Shown here one piece after another: positions 10,501 through 19,376 of a stretch of 64,000 nucleotides of DNA. The notes under the pieces were generated by a model. The model was given only the letters and a program-made list of their open reading frames with translations, was not told the origin of the DNA and did not search any database. This DNA comes from Verrucomicrobiota bacterium (GTDB lineage: Bacteria > Chlamydiota > Chlamydiia > Chlamydiales > SM23-39). Both the position numbers and the translations under genes were made by a program. The DNA lies in assembly GCA_028873375.1 (NCBI GenBank), contig JAGWKU010000001.1, forward strand, positions 11,763 through 75,762, given 5' to 3'. Position 1 is the first letter of the stretch, and the number at the start of each line of letters is the position of its first letter.

Positions 10501-10589
10501 GAGTAGGGATCGAAACACCTTCCGCTATTTATTTCTTTGTTCGAGGCCCACAGGCAATCTGTTTTCACCCTGAGGATAGACATGGATGA
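7545..10589 (+). CDS. recB: Exodeoxyribonuclease V beta subunit
   Basis: Walker A EASAGTGKT, UvrD-like helicase motifs (VLIDEFQDTDPIQWD, GDPKQSIYRFRQAD), C-terminal nuclease motif VYFVDWKTNWLG. Confidence 0.95.
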   Translation: MLMQKFDCLAASTPVLGPHFLEASAGTGKTFAVEHIVARLLLHESPMELEQILVVTFTRAAARELKLRIRSNIERIARGQLVPWEYLAACKDPSSVRQRMSDALAAFDRCQIYTIHGFCSRMLREFSFEAGIGFTWKESFSSPRLLAALQDFFEMKLSKEVVSPEQLGIVVRWAGSVEELGRKLKKAAKIVPAKFFRDREEEFAALLQSRSPEELISLAQEFEAVKSLYKAEVKGDFKGQIEVLSSFDWEAAFRELIRHKGTLFLYLAPENRKVNAKGSMPHPFFDWGRKTLLPLIESAADPQEIFQQLLAVWKPIEFRIAQEEGILNPDQLLSTMGSAIQQETFRNSVRGKYRAVLIDEFQDTDPIQWDIFQALFLHQVEALYLIGDPKQSIYRFRQADLYTYLKAKETIAPHCHFHLDTNFRSSKELIGALNLLFDREWLKLPKEGRTLPYLPVRAGLDLSTDFKDGKGAIHCLLFQEEISELFPYLVQEIRNLRDQVVSLSSFAVLVKDRYQAAAVQQALAIAGISSMAKSQEPLSETLAFEAMEELFEALREPRHLGKAKVVLAGPFGRYAAEELQRVEESPFVELRAILEEKGWTAACQAFLKMRSKGKTVQENMALQGRSFYADCHQVFEVLLDWERREGFSFEGLGRFFDSLHRMDPEEAPCQRKDSDAEAVQIMTMHVSKGLEFDVVFALGLGTRTPECDVEAEAEKLRQLYVATTRAKRRLYIPIPTSLKKAEMGTHAPIELFCETLGSWKEELRRLSGEASLSIEELPSLVAVTPPFHFTPSLVPPAFQLPSVSPSYLLSFTALAKETSLKPLASIADPQGNYTIHNLPRGPETGVVLHALFEWIYQEKQAWKSPERIQEIVEQDLPALFSPWKKAILQMIEETLTFRLPMGFCLRDVKPGNVLVETEFVFQSQKNFLTGFIDLLFIHEEKVYFVDWKTNWLGEDASHYSEPELKAAIAAHQYDLQARIYREALERVGIETPSAIYFFVRGPQAICFHPEDRHG

Positions 10590-12123
10590 ACTTTCTTTAG
10601 AAAAGCGCCTTGTCAATCGAATTCTACGAGAGAAAAAATCTCCGCAGCTTGAAGAGTTTCTTCTCGGATTTTTAGAAAGTGTGAGGGAAGGACATCTCTG
10701 CTCCAAAATAGACGATCCTTCCCTTCTTCCCTCAGATGTTGTGTCAATAGGAGATGAGCAAACTCCTTTTCCAGAAAAGCCCCTTGTTTTGCAGGAAAAT
10801 CGCCTCTATTTACAGCGCAATTGGGCACTTGAATCTCTGATTGTTCACAAAGCGGCGGAACTCTCTTCACGAACTCCCGTTGTCTTAGATCGGCACCGCT
10901 TTGAGCAGGCGTTGACATCGATGCAAGAAACGCTTCAGCCGGGCCAAAAAAAAGCCATTGAAAGAGCCTATGACCAAATGTTTTCTCTCTTTACTGGAGG
11001 TCCGGGAACTGGCAAAACTTACACGGCAGGTTGTTTTATCCGCCTTCTAGCGGCTTGCCATCCGACTCCTCCGTTTAAAGTAGTGATTGCGGCGCCAACA
11101 GGAAAAGCGGCAGCGCACTTAGAGAGCTCATTAAAAGCTCAGAGTTCTTTGTATTTTCATTGCGAATCGATGACGCTTCATCGTTTACTAAAGTTATATC
11201 CCGGCCAGCATCGCTTTTTTTCAGATAGATTAATTGATGCTGATCTAGTGGTGGTAGATGAAGCTTCAATGATCGATGTTTCTCTTATGCTTCATTTATT
11301 AAATTCAATCGGCCCCGAAACGCGTCTCCTATTATTAGGAGATCCCAATCAACTCCCGCCCGTCGAAGCTGGGAGTCTTTTTGCAGAGATGGCAGAATTG
11401 CTTGGTCACCCTCTTGAACGATCTATGCGAACAGCTGATCCATTTTTGCTTAGCTTGGCAGAAGCGATTCAAAAAGGAGATATCCAGCCAATTCGAGAAG
11501 CGATCACTCCTTTCCCAAATTCGCTCATCGAAGAACTTTGCAGGCGGCTCCATTCGCCGATTCATTCTGTTTCGCCTGATCCTATGGGTTGCTTGCAAGA
11601 GCAAAAGCGGTTTCGTATTTTGTGTGCTTTGCGCCAAGGGCCTTTAGGAGTAGATGCTTTAAACCGAGAATTGATCCATCGATTTGAAAGGCAACTGGGG
11701 CCAGCAGATTGGCTATCGATACCTATTTTGATTACCCAAAATGATCCGCGGAGACAGCTTTACAATGGGACGATGGGAGTATTGATTCAGCAAGCAAGAG
11801 GAACTCAAGGAACTGCTTATTTAATGACGGGAGACCAAGTCCGTGCCTTTCCTGTCAATGCTCTACCTCATTTTGAGGCAGCTTTTTGTCTATCTGTGCA
11901 CAAGAGCCAGGGAAGCGAATTCGAAGAGGTAATGATTCTTTTTCCACCAGGGAGTGAGCGATTCGGTAAAGAAGCTCTTTACACGGCGGTCACGCGGGCA
12001 AAGAGAAAGGCGATGTTGATGGGGGATGCGGCTTTATTGGAAGAGGCTTTAAAAATGCCTTTGCGAAAACGCTCTGGTTTTACAGAGCGTTTCCTTGCGT
12101 TTAAGCAGAAACTCTGTTGCTAA
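10582..12123 (+). CDS. recD: Exodeoxyribonuclease V alpha subunit
   Basis: Walker A TGGPGTGKTYT, VVVDEASMID, C-terminal VHKSQGSEFEEV helicase motif; overlaps the recB end. Confidence 0.95.
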   Translation: MDELSLEKRLVNRILREKKSPQLEEFLLGFLESVREGHLCSKIDDPSLLPSDVVSIGDEQTPFPEKPLVLQENRLYLQRNWALESLIVHKAAELSSRTPVVLDRHRFEQALTSMQETLQPGQKKAIERAYDQMFSLFTGGPGTGKTYTAGCFIRLLAACHPTPPFKVVIAAPTGKAAAHLESSLKAQSSLYFHCESMTLHRLLKLYPGQHRFFSDRLIDADLVVVDEASMIDVSLMLHLLNSIGPETRLLLLGDPNQLPPVEAGSLFAEMAELLGHPLERSMRTADPFLLSLAEAIQKGDIQPIREAITPFPNSLIEELCRRLHSPIHSVSPDPMGCLQEQKRFRILCALRQGPLGVDALNRELIHRFERQLGPADWLSIPILITQNDPRRQLYNGTMGVLIQQARGTQGTAYLMTGDQVRAFPVNALPHFEAAFCLSVHKSQGSEFEEVMILFPPGSERFGKEALYTAVTRAKRKAMLMGDAALLEEALKMPLRKRSGFTERFLAFKQKLCC

Positions 12124-12409
12124 GACGAGATTTAGTGCGAGATGCTTTTTGTCTCTTATAAACCCCGTGTTTGACGCCTTTATCGACCAGACTAAACACG
12201 CTATTTAATCGAGATTGAATAGCTTCTTTTGGTTGTTTTTCCGAAAGAGCCTGTTCCAAATGGCGAATAGCGGTATGAACCTTGGCTTCGTAAGAGCGGT
12301 TTCGAAGGCGACGCTTTTCGCTCTGTAGATTTCTCTTCAGGGCGGAAGGGCGTTTTTGCTTGCCCTCTTTTTTCTTGTCAGGGGCTTTTTGTGCTTGTTG
12401 TTCGGCCAT
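12101..12409 (-). CDS. rpsT: 30S ribosomal protein S20
   Basis: SALKRNLQSEKRRLRNRSYEAKVHTAIRHLEQAL matches the S20 family pattern; basic, 102 aa. Confidence 0.85.
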   Translation of the reverse strand: MAEQQAQKAPDKKKEGKQKRPSALKRNLQSEKRRLRNRSYEAKVHTAIRHLEQALSEKQPKEAIQSRLNSVFSLVDKGVKHGVYKRQKASRTKSRLSNRVSA

Positions 12410-12588
12410 ATAAGAATCCTTTCATAGGCTTGAAAGGCTCCAATTATAGCGATTTCTTCTTAAACCGACAAGGAATCTTCTTCATTATCAATGAAGCTCT
12501 CTGGACCCTTTGTTTCCCAGCTCGCTTTGGCTCTTTGTTTTAATTTCGTTAAAACAATATAATATTAGCAATCAAATAGAAGAAATTC

Positions 12589-12975
12589 ATGGAATTGGAA
12601 CGTTTTTCTCTTTCCGAAGGCTTTTTTAGTTGTTCGGAACCCCTTGTAAATCCGGAAGTTACTGAATTTAAGTCAATTAAAGGAAGGCTCTCCGCCTTTC
12701 TCAACCTATTAGACAAGCTCGCCCTGGTCCCTTTGGCCTTTTTCTATAAGCTCTATAAGTCGTTCTTTTGCTGTCTCCGGGTAGGGGTTGGAGCTATAGG
12801 CCTTTTCCTGACGTTTGGCATGGCCCCTCTGATTCGCGAATTTTTTGTGGAGCACGTTTCTTTGCTGGCTCGCGATTTAGCTGACTGGGTGCTTTGGCCC
12901 ATGGCAGTTTTGACCTGCTTAGGAAGACTCCTTCTAGCTACTCTGGTTCATCCCGCCCTTTACTTCGGTTTTTAG
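12589..12975 (+). CDS. hypothetical membrane protein
   Basis: 128 aa with hydrophobic segments; intact ORF between flanking genes. Confidence 0.5.
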   Translation: MELERFSLSEGFFSCSEPLVNPEVTEFKSIKGRLSAFLNLLDKLALVPLAFFYKLYKSFFCCLRVGVGAIGLFLTFGMAPLIREFFVEHVSLLARDLADWVLWPMAVLTCLGRLLLATLVHPALYFGF

Positions 12976-13850
12976 CGAGCCGCCTTTTCTAAGAGATGGC
13001 GCATCAAAAGGCCGAGAGGCTCGAGAAAGCAAAATCTCACTATTTTTTTTAACAATTTCCATTTCTCTTTTTGTTGATGCTGAGAAAGGGTGAGGATTTC
13101 GAGAGCTCGAAAATTTTCGATGGCAAATCGAAGGGCTGGGACTGTGTCCGAAAGAAGTGCCTTATGGATTAAATCGCCATGAAAAAAAAGATTGGTAAGG
13201 GCTGTTTTTTGGATGATTTGGCGGGGCCATCTTTTTTCTTCCCATGTAAAGACAGGAAGGCGACCCGGAAATTTTAGCTCTACTTTAAAACATTGCCCTC
13301 GTCGAATGCGCCGTTCATTATGGAAAATTTCAAATTGGTCGTAGAAGATAGGAAACATCTGTTTGCGGAGAGTGGCGTAATAGCAGGGAGTTTGTCGAAT
13401 GAGTTTTTCGGCCGGGCGGAGAATGCGACGGTTGAAAACACGGTCATCGAGAATCCAGACGATTTGATAGCCGACTTTCTGGTAGTCGCGCATTCGTTGC
13501 TTGGCTTCGTGAGGGGTGAGAAGGGAGCATTGAATTTCAAAAATAAGTTTATAAGGTTCCCACACAACGTCAGCTACTCGAAGGATTTCGGGAAATGGCT
13601 TTTCGAGAATTGTTTGCGCAGCTGGTAGAATTTTTTGAAGAGCGAGTTGGGCCAGGAGATGGTCTTGGCTTTTGCTATAAAGGCGGCAAGTGGGGGATTG
13701 GCTGAGATGGTAGAAATGGGGAACGCGATAGGGGCCTCGCCGCACTTTGACAGGACGATGGCAGCCTGTGCAGCGGTAGACCCGCCGCTCTTCAGCCTCT
13801 GCTGCGTAAATTAAGATTTCGTCTTCTTCTAGGGCGTAAAGTGTCATCAA
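12972..13850 (-). CDS. CoiA-like competence/nuclease family protein
   Basis: N-terminal zinc-finger-like RCTGCHRPVKVRRGPYRVPHFYHLSQSPTC, then nuclease-like IFEIQCSLLTPHEAKQRMRDYQKVGYQIVWILDD typical of CoiA-like proteins. Confidence 0.7.
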   Translation of the reverse strand: MMTLYALEEDEILIYAAEAEERRVYRCTGCHRPVKVRRGPYRVPHFYHLSQSPTCRLYSKSQDHLLAQLALQKILPAAQTILEKPFPEILRVADVVWEPYKLIFEIQCSLLTPHEAKQRMRDYQKVGYQIVWILDDRVFNRRILRPAEKLIRQTPCYYATLRKQMFPIFYDQFEIFHNERRIRRGQCFKVELKFPGRLPVFTWEEKRWPRQIIQKTALTNLFFHGDLIHKALLSDTVPALRFAIENFRALEILTLSQHQQKEKWKLLKKIVRFCFLEPLGLLMRHLLEKAAR

Positions 13851-13964
13851 GCTTGCAAATAATCTAAGAGCTTATATGATATTGACATAAAGGGGGCCCT
13901 TGTCCACAATATTTTCGTTTGTCCTCATTGCAAATAGACGATCTTTTCTTCATTTTAGGAGCTC

Positions 13965-15623
13965 ATGAGCGGTACCACAGCCTTTAGTAACCCCCAGCAT
14001 CAGCAAAAAATAGAGGAGCTTGTAGCGATTGCCAAAGAGCAAGGCTACCTCACGTATGAGGAGATCAATGAAATTCTCCCCATGACGTTCGATTCTCCTG
14101 AGCAAATCGACCAAGTGTTGATTTTCTTGGGAGGAATGGACATCCAAGTCCTCAACCAAGCTGAAGTAGAACGACAAAAAGAGCGTAAAAAGGAAGCCAA
14201 AGAACTCGAAGGGCTCCCAAAACGGACAGAGGGCACTTCTGACGACCCTGTGAGAATGTATCTCAAAGAAATGGGATCGGTTCCTCTCTTAACACGTGAA
14301 GAGGAAGTAGAGATTTCTAAGCGCATTGAAAAAGCGCAAATTCAAATTGAAAAGATTATTTTACGTTTTCGCTATTCAACTCGAGAAGCGATCTCAATTG
14401 CCCACTACTTAATTTCAGGCAAAGATCGATTTGATAAGCTTATTTCGGAAAAAGAAGTCGCCGATAAAGGGCAATTCCTTTCCCTTCTTCCTAAGTTGTC
14501 TGAGTTGATGAAAAAAGAAGATCAGCTATTAGAACAACTGCTGATTCAAGCCCGTGATCCCAATCTTAAAAAAGAAGACCGCGCGCAATTGATGGAAGAT
14601 GTTGAGAAGTGTCGCATCCGTTCGCAAGCCTATTTGCGTAGATTTTGCTGCCGACACAACATCATCGAAGATTTTGGCGAGGTCATCCTGGCAGCTTATG
14701 AGCGATTCCTCATATTAGAAAAAGAGATCCAAGAACTCACCCCCCGCGCAGAGAAGAACAAATTTGCGGCCGCGAAACTCGCTGCAGCAAAACGGAAATT
14801 GTATAAGCGGGAACTCGCTGCAGGACGCAATTTAGAAGAGTTTAAAAAAGATGTCCGAATGCTTCAGCGCTGGATGGATAAGAGCCAGGAAGCTAAGCGC
14901 GAAATGGTCGAATCCAACTTGCGACTAGTCATTTCGATTGCGAAGAAATACACCAACCGCGGCCTTTCTTTCCTCGATCTAATCCAGGAAGGAAACATGG
15001 GTCTGATGAAAGCCGTCGAAAAATTCGAATATCGGCGCGGTTACAAGTTTTCGACCTATGCGACGTGGTGGATTCGACAGGCAGTGACCCGTGCGATTGC
15101 TGACCAGGCACGCACAATCCGTATTCCTGTCCATATGATTGAAACGATCAATAAAGTTCTCCGCGGAGCGAAAAAGCTCATGATGGAGACAGGTCGGGAA
15201 CCTACTCCGGAAGAATTGGCCAATGAACTTGGACTCACGCCGGAGCGGGTACGCGAAATTTACAAAATCGCTCAACATCCAATCTCTTTGCAAGCTGAAG
15301 TAGGAGATGGTGGTGAAAGTCAATTTGGCGACTTCCTTGAAGATACGGCGATCGAATCGCCAGCAGAAGCGACTGGCTACGCGATTTTAAAAGACAAGAT
15401 GAACGAAGTTCTTGCGACTCTTACAGAGCGCGAGAGAACTGTTTTGATTGAGCGATTTGGTCTTCTCGATGGAAAGCCTAAGACGCTGGAAGAGGTGGGC
15501 GTTCGTTTCAAAGTCACTCGCGAGCGGGTACGTCAAATTGAAGCCAAAGCGCTTCGTAAAATGCGACATCCTACTCGTGCTAAACAACTTCAAGCTTTCT
15601 TGGACCTCCTCGAAGGGGAATGA
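13965..15623 (+). CDS. rpoD: RNA polymerase primary sigma factor
   Basis: Region 2 ([56 protein letters not shown]) and region 4 ([25 protein letters not shown]). Confidence 0.97.
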   Translation: MSGTTAFSNPQHQQKIEELVAIAKEQGYLTYEEINEILPMTFDSPEQIDQVLIFLGGMDIQVLNQAEVERQKERKKEAKELEGLPKRTEGTSDDPVRMYLKEMGSVPLLTREEEVEISKRIEKAQIQIEKIILRFRYSTREAISIAHYLISGKDRFDKLISEKEVADKGQFLSLLPKLSELMKKEDQLLEQLLIQARDPNLKKEDRAQLMEDVEKCRIRSQAYLRRFCCRHNIIEDFGEVILAAYERFLILEKEIQELTPRAEKNKFAAAKLAAAKRKLYKRELAAGRNLEEFKKDVRMLQRWMDKSQEAKREMVESNLRLVISIAKKYTNRGLSFLDLIQEGNMGLMKAVEKFEYRRGYKFSTYATWWIRQAVTRAIADQARTIRIPVHMIETINKVLRGAKKLMMETGREPTPEELANELGLTPERVREIYKIAQHPISLQAEVGDGGESQFGDFLEDTAIESPAEATGYAILKDKMNEVLATLTERERTVLIERFGLLDGKPKTLEEVGVRFKVTRERVRQIEAKALRKMRHPTRAKQLQAFLDLLEGE

Positions 15624-15640
15624 TTTTTCTCCCCGTTCCT

Positions 15641-15663
15641 AAATGTAAAGCCGCTTTACATTT
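15641..15663. repeat. palindrome AAATGTAAAGC-C-GCTTTACATTT
   Basis: Perfect palindrome read directly. Confidence 0.95.
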
Positions 15664-15678
15664 GATTCTGCGTTCGAC

Positions 15679-15701
15679 AAATGTAAAGCCGCTTTACATT
15701 T
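15679..15701. repeat. palindrome AAATGTAAAGC-C-GCTTTACATTT (second, adjacent copy)
   Basis: Perfect palindrome 38 bp downstream of the previous copy. Confidence 0.95.
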
Positions 15702-15749
15702 GAACGAAAATCTTGATAGAAGGAGGAAAACCCCAACTGGAGGATAAGG

Positions 15750-15965
15750 ATGAATCTCAAACAAATCATTGGTTTGGTCTTGTTGGCAATTGGCGTCATC
15801 ATGATCATTTATGCAGTTCAATCAATGAATTCTTTCACAACACATGAAATCACTCGCAAAATCACTGGCAGATGGGACAGAGAAAATCTTAGCTATGTGG
15901 GAGTGGGGGCTCTATTAATAATCGGTGGAGCTGTTGCGGCGTTCTTTTACCGCAAGAAGAGATAG
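15750..15965 (+). CDS. small membrane protein, DUF3185-like
   Basis: 71 aa, two TM segments, MNLKQIIGLVLLAIGVIMIIYAVQSMNS...; RBS-like GGAGG upstream. Confidence 0.7.
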   Translation: MNLKQIIGLVLLAIGVIMIIYAVQSMNSFTTHEITRKITGRWDRENLSYVGVGALLIIGGAVAAFFYRKKR

Positions 15966-15968
15966 TTT

Positions 15969-16041
15969 GGAGCGTATCGGAGTCGAACCGATGGCCTCAA
16001 CAATGCCATTGTTGCGCTCTACCAACTGAGCTAACGCCCCA
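15969..16041 (-). tRNA. tRNA-Ala (anticodon GGC)
   Basis: Minus strand GGGGCGTTAGCTCAGTTGGTAGAGCGCAACAATGGCATTGTTGAGGCCATCGGTTCGACTCCGATACGCTCCA folds as a cloverleaf; anticodon loop ATGGCAT. Confidence 0.97.
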
Positions 16042-16066
16042 CTAGAGTCTGGGCCAAAATTCTAGA

Positions 16067-16107
16067 AGGAAACCCTATTTTGATTCAAGAAGGGTTTCCT
16101 TTTTGCT
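16067..16107 (+). terminator. Rho-independent terminator-like hairpin
   Basis: AAGGAAACCCT...AGGGTTTCCTT followed by TTTTT. Confidence 0.65.
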
Positions 16108-16146
16108 CTTATTTTCTCAATCGGGTATTTTTTTCTCGAGGTTCAT

Positions 16147-17340
16147 ATGATTTTTTTTGAACATGTAATAGAAGGCCCTCCCGATGCCGTCTTTGGGTTG
16201 ATGGGAACATTTCGAGCTGATCAAAGACCCGAGAAAATCAATTTAATGGTCGGAATCTACAAAGATGAGCATCTCAAAAGCGAAGTGATGCCGGTAGTGA
16301 AAAAGGCGAAGGAAAAAGTGCTCGCCTCTGATCAAATGGCCGATTATTTGCCTTTTGACGGGGCTCCCCAGTTCTTTGAGTCCTTGGGTAAATTGGTCTT
16401 TAGAGAATGGGGGAACGTCGAAGATCGGGTATATGCCACACAGGCCATTGGCGGTACAGGGGCCCTTCGACTGGGGGCTGACTTTTTGGCTCAGGAAGTT
16501 GGAAAGAGGGTTTGGATCCCGCAGCCGACGTGGGCTAATCATCGGGGAATCTTTGAAAGGGCTGGCTTTACAGTAGAGACATTGCCCTATTATAGCTCGG
16601 CCCAGCATGGGATTGATAAGAGTGCTTATTTCAAACATCTTCGCTCGCTTCCTCCAAAAAGCGTCGTTCTCTTCCATGGAACGTGTCACAATCCGACTGG
16701 ATGTGATCCTACGCTGGAAGAATGGAAAGAAATTTCTCACATCTGCAAGGAGCGTTCTCTCCTTCCTTTCTTCGATTTTGCTTACCAGGGATTTGGAGAT
16801 GGGGTTGAGGAGGATGCAGGGCCGGTGCGTCTTTTTCTCGATGAAGGACATGAGTTTTTAGTGGCTTATTCGTGTTCGAAGAACTTTAGTTTGTATTGTC
16901 AGAGGGTTGGAGCTCTCTTTGTCGTCTGCAAAGAGGCGGCTGTAAAGCCAAGAGTAGGAAGTCAAATCAAGAGAATTATCCGAACGACGTATTCCAATCC
17001 TCCTGCTCATGGGGCCAAAATTGTAGCGGAAGTTTTAAACGACCGAGCGTTGAAGGTTGAGTGGTTGAAAGAATTAGATCAGATGCGCCACCGTATTTCG
17101 CAAGCGCGCGCTTTGTTGGTCAAAAAATTAGTCGCTAAAGCAAAGAAAATCGACTTTCGATTTGTACAGCAGCACAAAGGAATGTTTTCTTATCTCGATC
17201 TAAGTCCCAAGCAAGTAAAAGAATTGATGGAGAAGCATGGGATTTACATGTTGGATAGCGGCCGGATCAATGTGGCAGGATTGACTTCTCAAAATATCGA
17301 TCGTGTAGTAGACCAGGTGATTGCGGTGAGTGAAGCGTGA
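16147..17340 (+). CDS. aspC: Aromatic/aspartate aminotransferase (class I)
   Basis: LPFDGAPQFFESLGKLVF, TWANHRGIFERAG, HNPTGCDP, FFDFAYQGFGDG, YSCSKNFSLYCQRVGAL (PLP lysine region). Confidence 0.9.
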   Translation: MIFFEHVIEGPPDAVFGLMGTFRADQRPEKINLMVGIYKDEHLKSEVMPVVKKAKEKVLASDQMADYLPFDGAPQFFESLGKLVFREWGNVEDRVYATQAIGGTGALRLGADFLAQEVGKRVWIPQPTWANHRGIFERAGFTVETLPYYSSAQHGIDKSAYFKHLRSLPPKSVVLFHGTCHNPTGCDPTLEEWKEISHICKERSLLPFFDFAYQGFGDGVEEDAGPVRLFLDEGHEFLVAYSCSKNFSLYCQRVGALFVVCKEAAVKPRVGSQIKRIIRTTYSNPPAHGAKIVAEVLNDRALKVEWLKELDQMRHRISQARALLVKKLVAKAKKIDFRFVQQHKGMFSYLDLSPKQVKELMEKHGIYMLDSGRINVAGLTSQNIDRVVDQVIAVSEA

Positions 17341-18401
17341 AACGCTCGTTTTTCTTGTTGCCTGTCTTTCTCTTTTTGCTTCTCAGCTTGCCTGAGGGCG
17401 CCTCTAATCGTCTCCGATCGCGTACGGTGGCTTTACTGTCTCCTTTTTGGAAATTAGGCGATGCGGCTCGAAAGCCTCTCGTTCCGGTGGCCCCTGTTTC
17501 TTCTCAGGAAGTGAATAGCTTGCAGTTGGAAAATCATCAATTGCGAAGCCAGCTCGATCTAGTTTACGAATGGCTGAGTTCAGAAAAGCGGTTGCGCGAT
17601 CAAATCGATGTGTTTCGCGAATTGAAGGGAGAGCCCAAGGAATTCATTGAGCGACGGACGAAGGAGATGAAAGCTCTCCTTCAAAAACAAGCGATGGCGG
17701 CCTTTGGACGGATCATTTATCGCGATCCGAATTCATGGAGCAGCAGCTGCTGGATTGATGTGGGAGAAGAGGATAATGAGGCGCTCGGTCAGCCTATTGT
17801 GGCCAAGAATAGCCCTGTTGTCGCAGGCGCTTCTTTGGTCGGCATTGTGGAGTATGTAGGCAAACGACATTCTCGAGTGAGACTCATCACCGATTCAGGA
17901 TTGAAAATTGCAGTACGAGCTGTGAGAGGGTCGATTCAAGAGCGAGAAATGGCCTCATTGGTACATGTCTTGCTTGATCGATTGCAGAGATACTCTCAAG
18001 GGAAAGAACAGGTCGCGGTCGATGGATTGGCGCAGTTGGAAAAAAAATTCCCGGTTCGGTGGAGCGATTCTTATTTAGCAAAGGGAGAGGTTTTTGGCAG
18101 TAGCGCTACCTATTTTCGCTCTCTCAAGTCGACATTGAAGGGAGTTGGATTCAATTGTGATGTGAGTGACGCAGAAGGGCCTGCTCGTGATTTGCGAAGT
18201 GGAATTTTAAAAAAGGGAGATTTTCTCCTCACTTCCGGCCTCGATGGAGTTTTTCCTCCTGGGCTGAAAGTGGGTGTTGTCAGCTCTGTAAAGCCGCTGC
18301 GTGAAGGGGCCTTTGCCTATGAATTAGAGGCTGTTCCCTCGGCGGAGAATTTGTCTGATCTTACTTCTATCTACGTCCTCCCCCCCCTTAGCTTGGAGTG
18401 A
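17337..18401 (+). CDS. mreC: Rod shape-determining protein
   Basis: Single N-terminal TM, coiled coil, MreC core (VVAGASLVGIVEYVGKRHSRVRLITDSGLKIAV..., LLTSGLDGVFPPGLKVGVV). Confidence 0.85.
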   Translation: MKRSFFLLPVFLFLLLSLPEGASNRLRSRTVALLSPFWKLGDAARKPLVPVAPVSSQEVNSLQLENHQLRSQLDLVYEWLSSEKRLRDQIDVFRELKGEPKEFIERRTKEMKALLQKQAMAAFGRIIYRDPNSWSSSCWIDVGEEDNEALGQPIVAKNSPVVAGASLVGIVEYVGKRHSRVRLITDSGLKIAVRAVRGSIQEREMASLVHVLLDRLQRYSQGKEQVAVDGLAQLEKKFPVRWSDSYLAKGEVFGSSATYFRSLKSTLKGVGFNCDVSDAEGPARDLRSGILKKGDFLLTSGLDGVFPPGLKVGVVSSVKPLREGAFAYELEAVPSAENLSDLTSIYVLPPLSLE

Positions 18402-19376
18402 GCCAAAGGCTTTCTCGTAGAGTTCGCGTTGAAGCGGCTCAAAATTCCTGGCTTTACATAGATTTTTCTCAATTTGAAAGAGGAGATTGCGGTCGGGATG
18501 CACCCTTTGTCCGCAGGAGTGGAGCCGGGCTAGGGGTAGGGAGGAGCGAGCAAGGAGGAACATTGGCTTTTGGAAGGCAAGAACGTCATACCCAACAGAG
18601 GAATAATCGCCTAAGTAGGCGTCAATTCGTTCAAGAAGCGGATAGACAGGAGGAAATTCATGGATGAGGAACACGTTTTCCAAAGAGGCAGTGAGTCGGC
18701 AAAATAGAGCGGGATCTCTTTGTGAAAGGAGAGGGTGGATTTTGATGAGGACATTCCAGTCGCTTTTTTGATTGAGTTGCTGGAAGGTCTCAAAAAAAGA
18801 GGTCGATTGATCGGCATCTTGCCAAGTGGGAGCGTAGAGAAGAGTGGGACGTTTGGGATCGAGGAAGGAAAAGACCTCTTTTTGGGCTGCTGCTCGTAAT
18901 CTCTCTCGATGGGTTTGAAAGTAAAGCCAACGATGATTGCCGATCATCCAGTAGTCAGGAATTTGGATATTTAACTCTTCGAGCATTTTTTTCAGCAAAT
19001 TGCCGTACAGAAGGACGCCATCTTGAGTTGCATAGGGAGCTAAAAGTGGGGTGGCATAGCCTTTATCTGATTGTCCATGAGGGCAAAAGATGAGTTCCAT
19101 TTTTTTGTGAAAGAGGGTCCGAAAGAGCTCTTTGAGGTGAGGCGCCCAATATTTGCATTCGATGAGCAGGTCGAATCGGTCGGCAATTTCTTTGAGATGA
19201 AATTCGAGATGAGTCCACCGCTCGGTAGACACTTCAGGATAATATTTTGCTGCGAGAAGTTCATTTTCTTCTTCGGTGACAATAAGAGGGATGTTGAGGA
19301 TGGAAGCGAGAGGTGCGATGTGATCGAGGAGATGGATGTCTGGTCCGGTATTGAATGCACAAGCTTTTAAAAGCAT
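18324..19376 (-). CDS. CDP-glycerol glycerophosphotransferase (TagF/TagB)-like protein
   Basis: CPHGQSDKG, LLYAPTWQD, VLIKIHPL, YLGDYSSVGYDVLAFQKPMF motifs. Confidence 0.75.
   Translation of the reverse strand: MLLKACAFNTGPDIHLLDHIAPLASILNIPLIVTEEENELLAAKYYPEVSTERWTHLEFHLKEIADRFDLLIECKYWAPHLKELFRTLFHKKMELIFCPHGQSDKGYATPLLAPYATQDGVLLYGNLLKKMLEELNIQIPDYWMIGNHRWLYFQTHRERLRAAAQKEVFSFLDPKRPTLLYAPTWQDADQSTSFFETFQQLNQKSDWNVLIKIHPLLSQRDPALFCRLTASLENVFLIHEFPPVYPLLERIDAYLGDYSSVGYDVLAFQKPMFLLARSSLPLARLHSCGQRVHPDRNLLFQIEKNLCKARNFEPLQRELYEKAFGSLQAKGGEDVDRSKIRQILRRGNSL

Noticed and set aside
4391-12123. recC-recB-recD as a novel defence system
   Set aside because: Motifs and order match the standard exodeoxyribonuclease V complex; no accessory toxin or nuclease genes attached.
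18283-18294. Partial palindrome-like TGTAAAGCCGCT in mreC
   Set aside because: Only a half-site without the second arm; could be chance.
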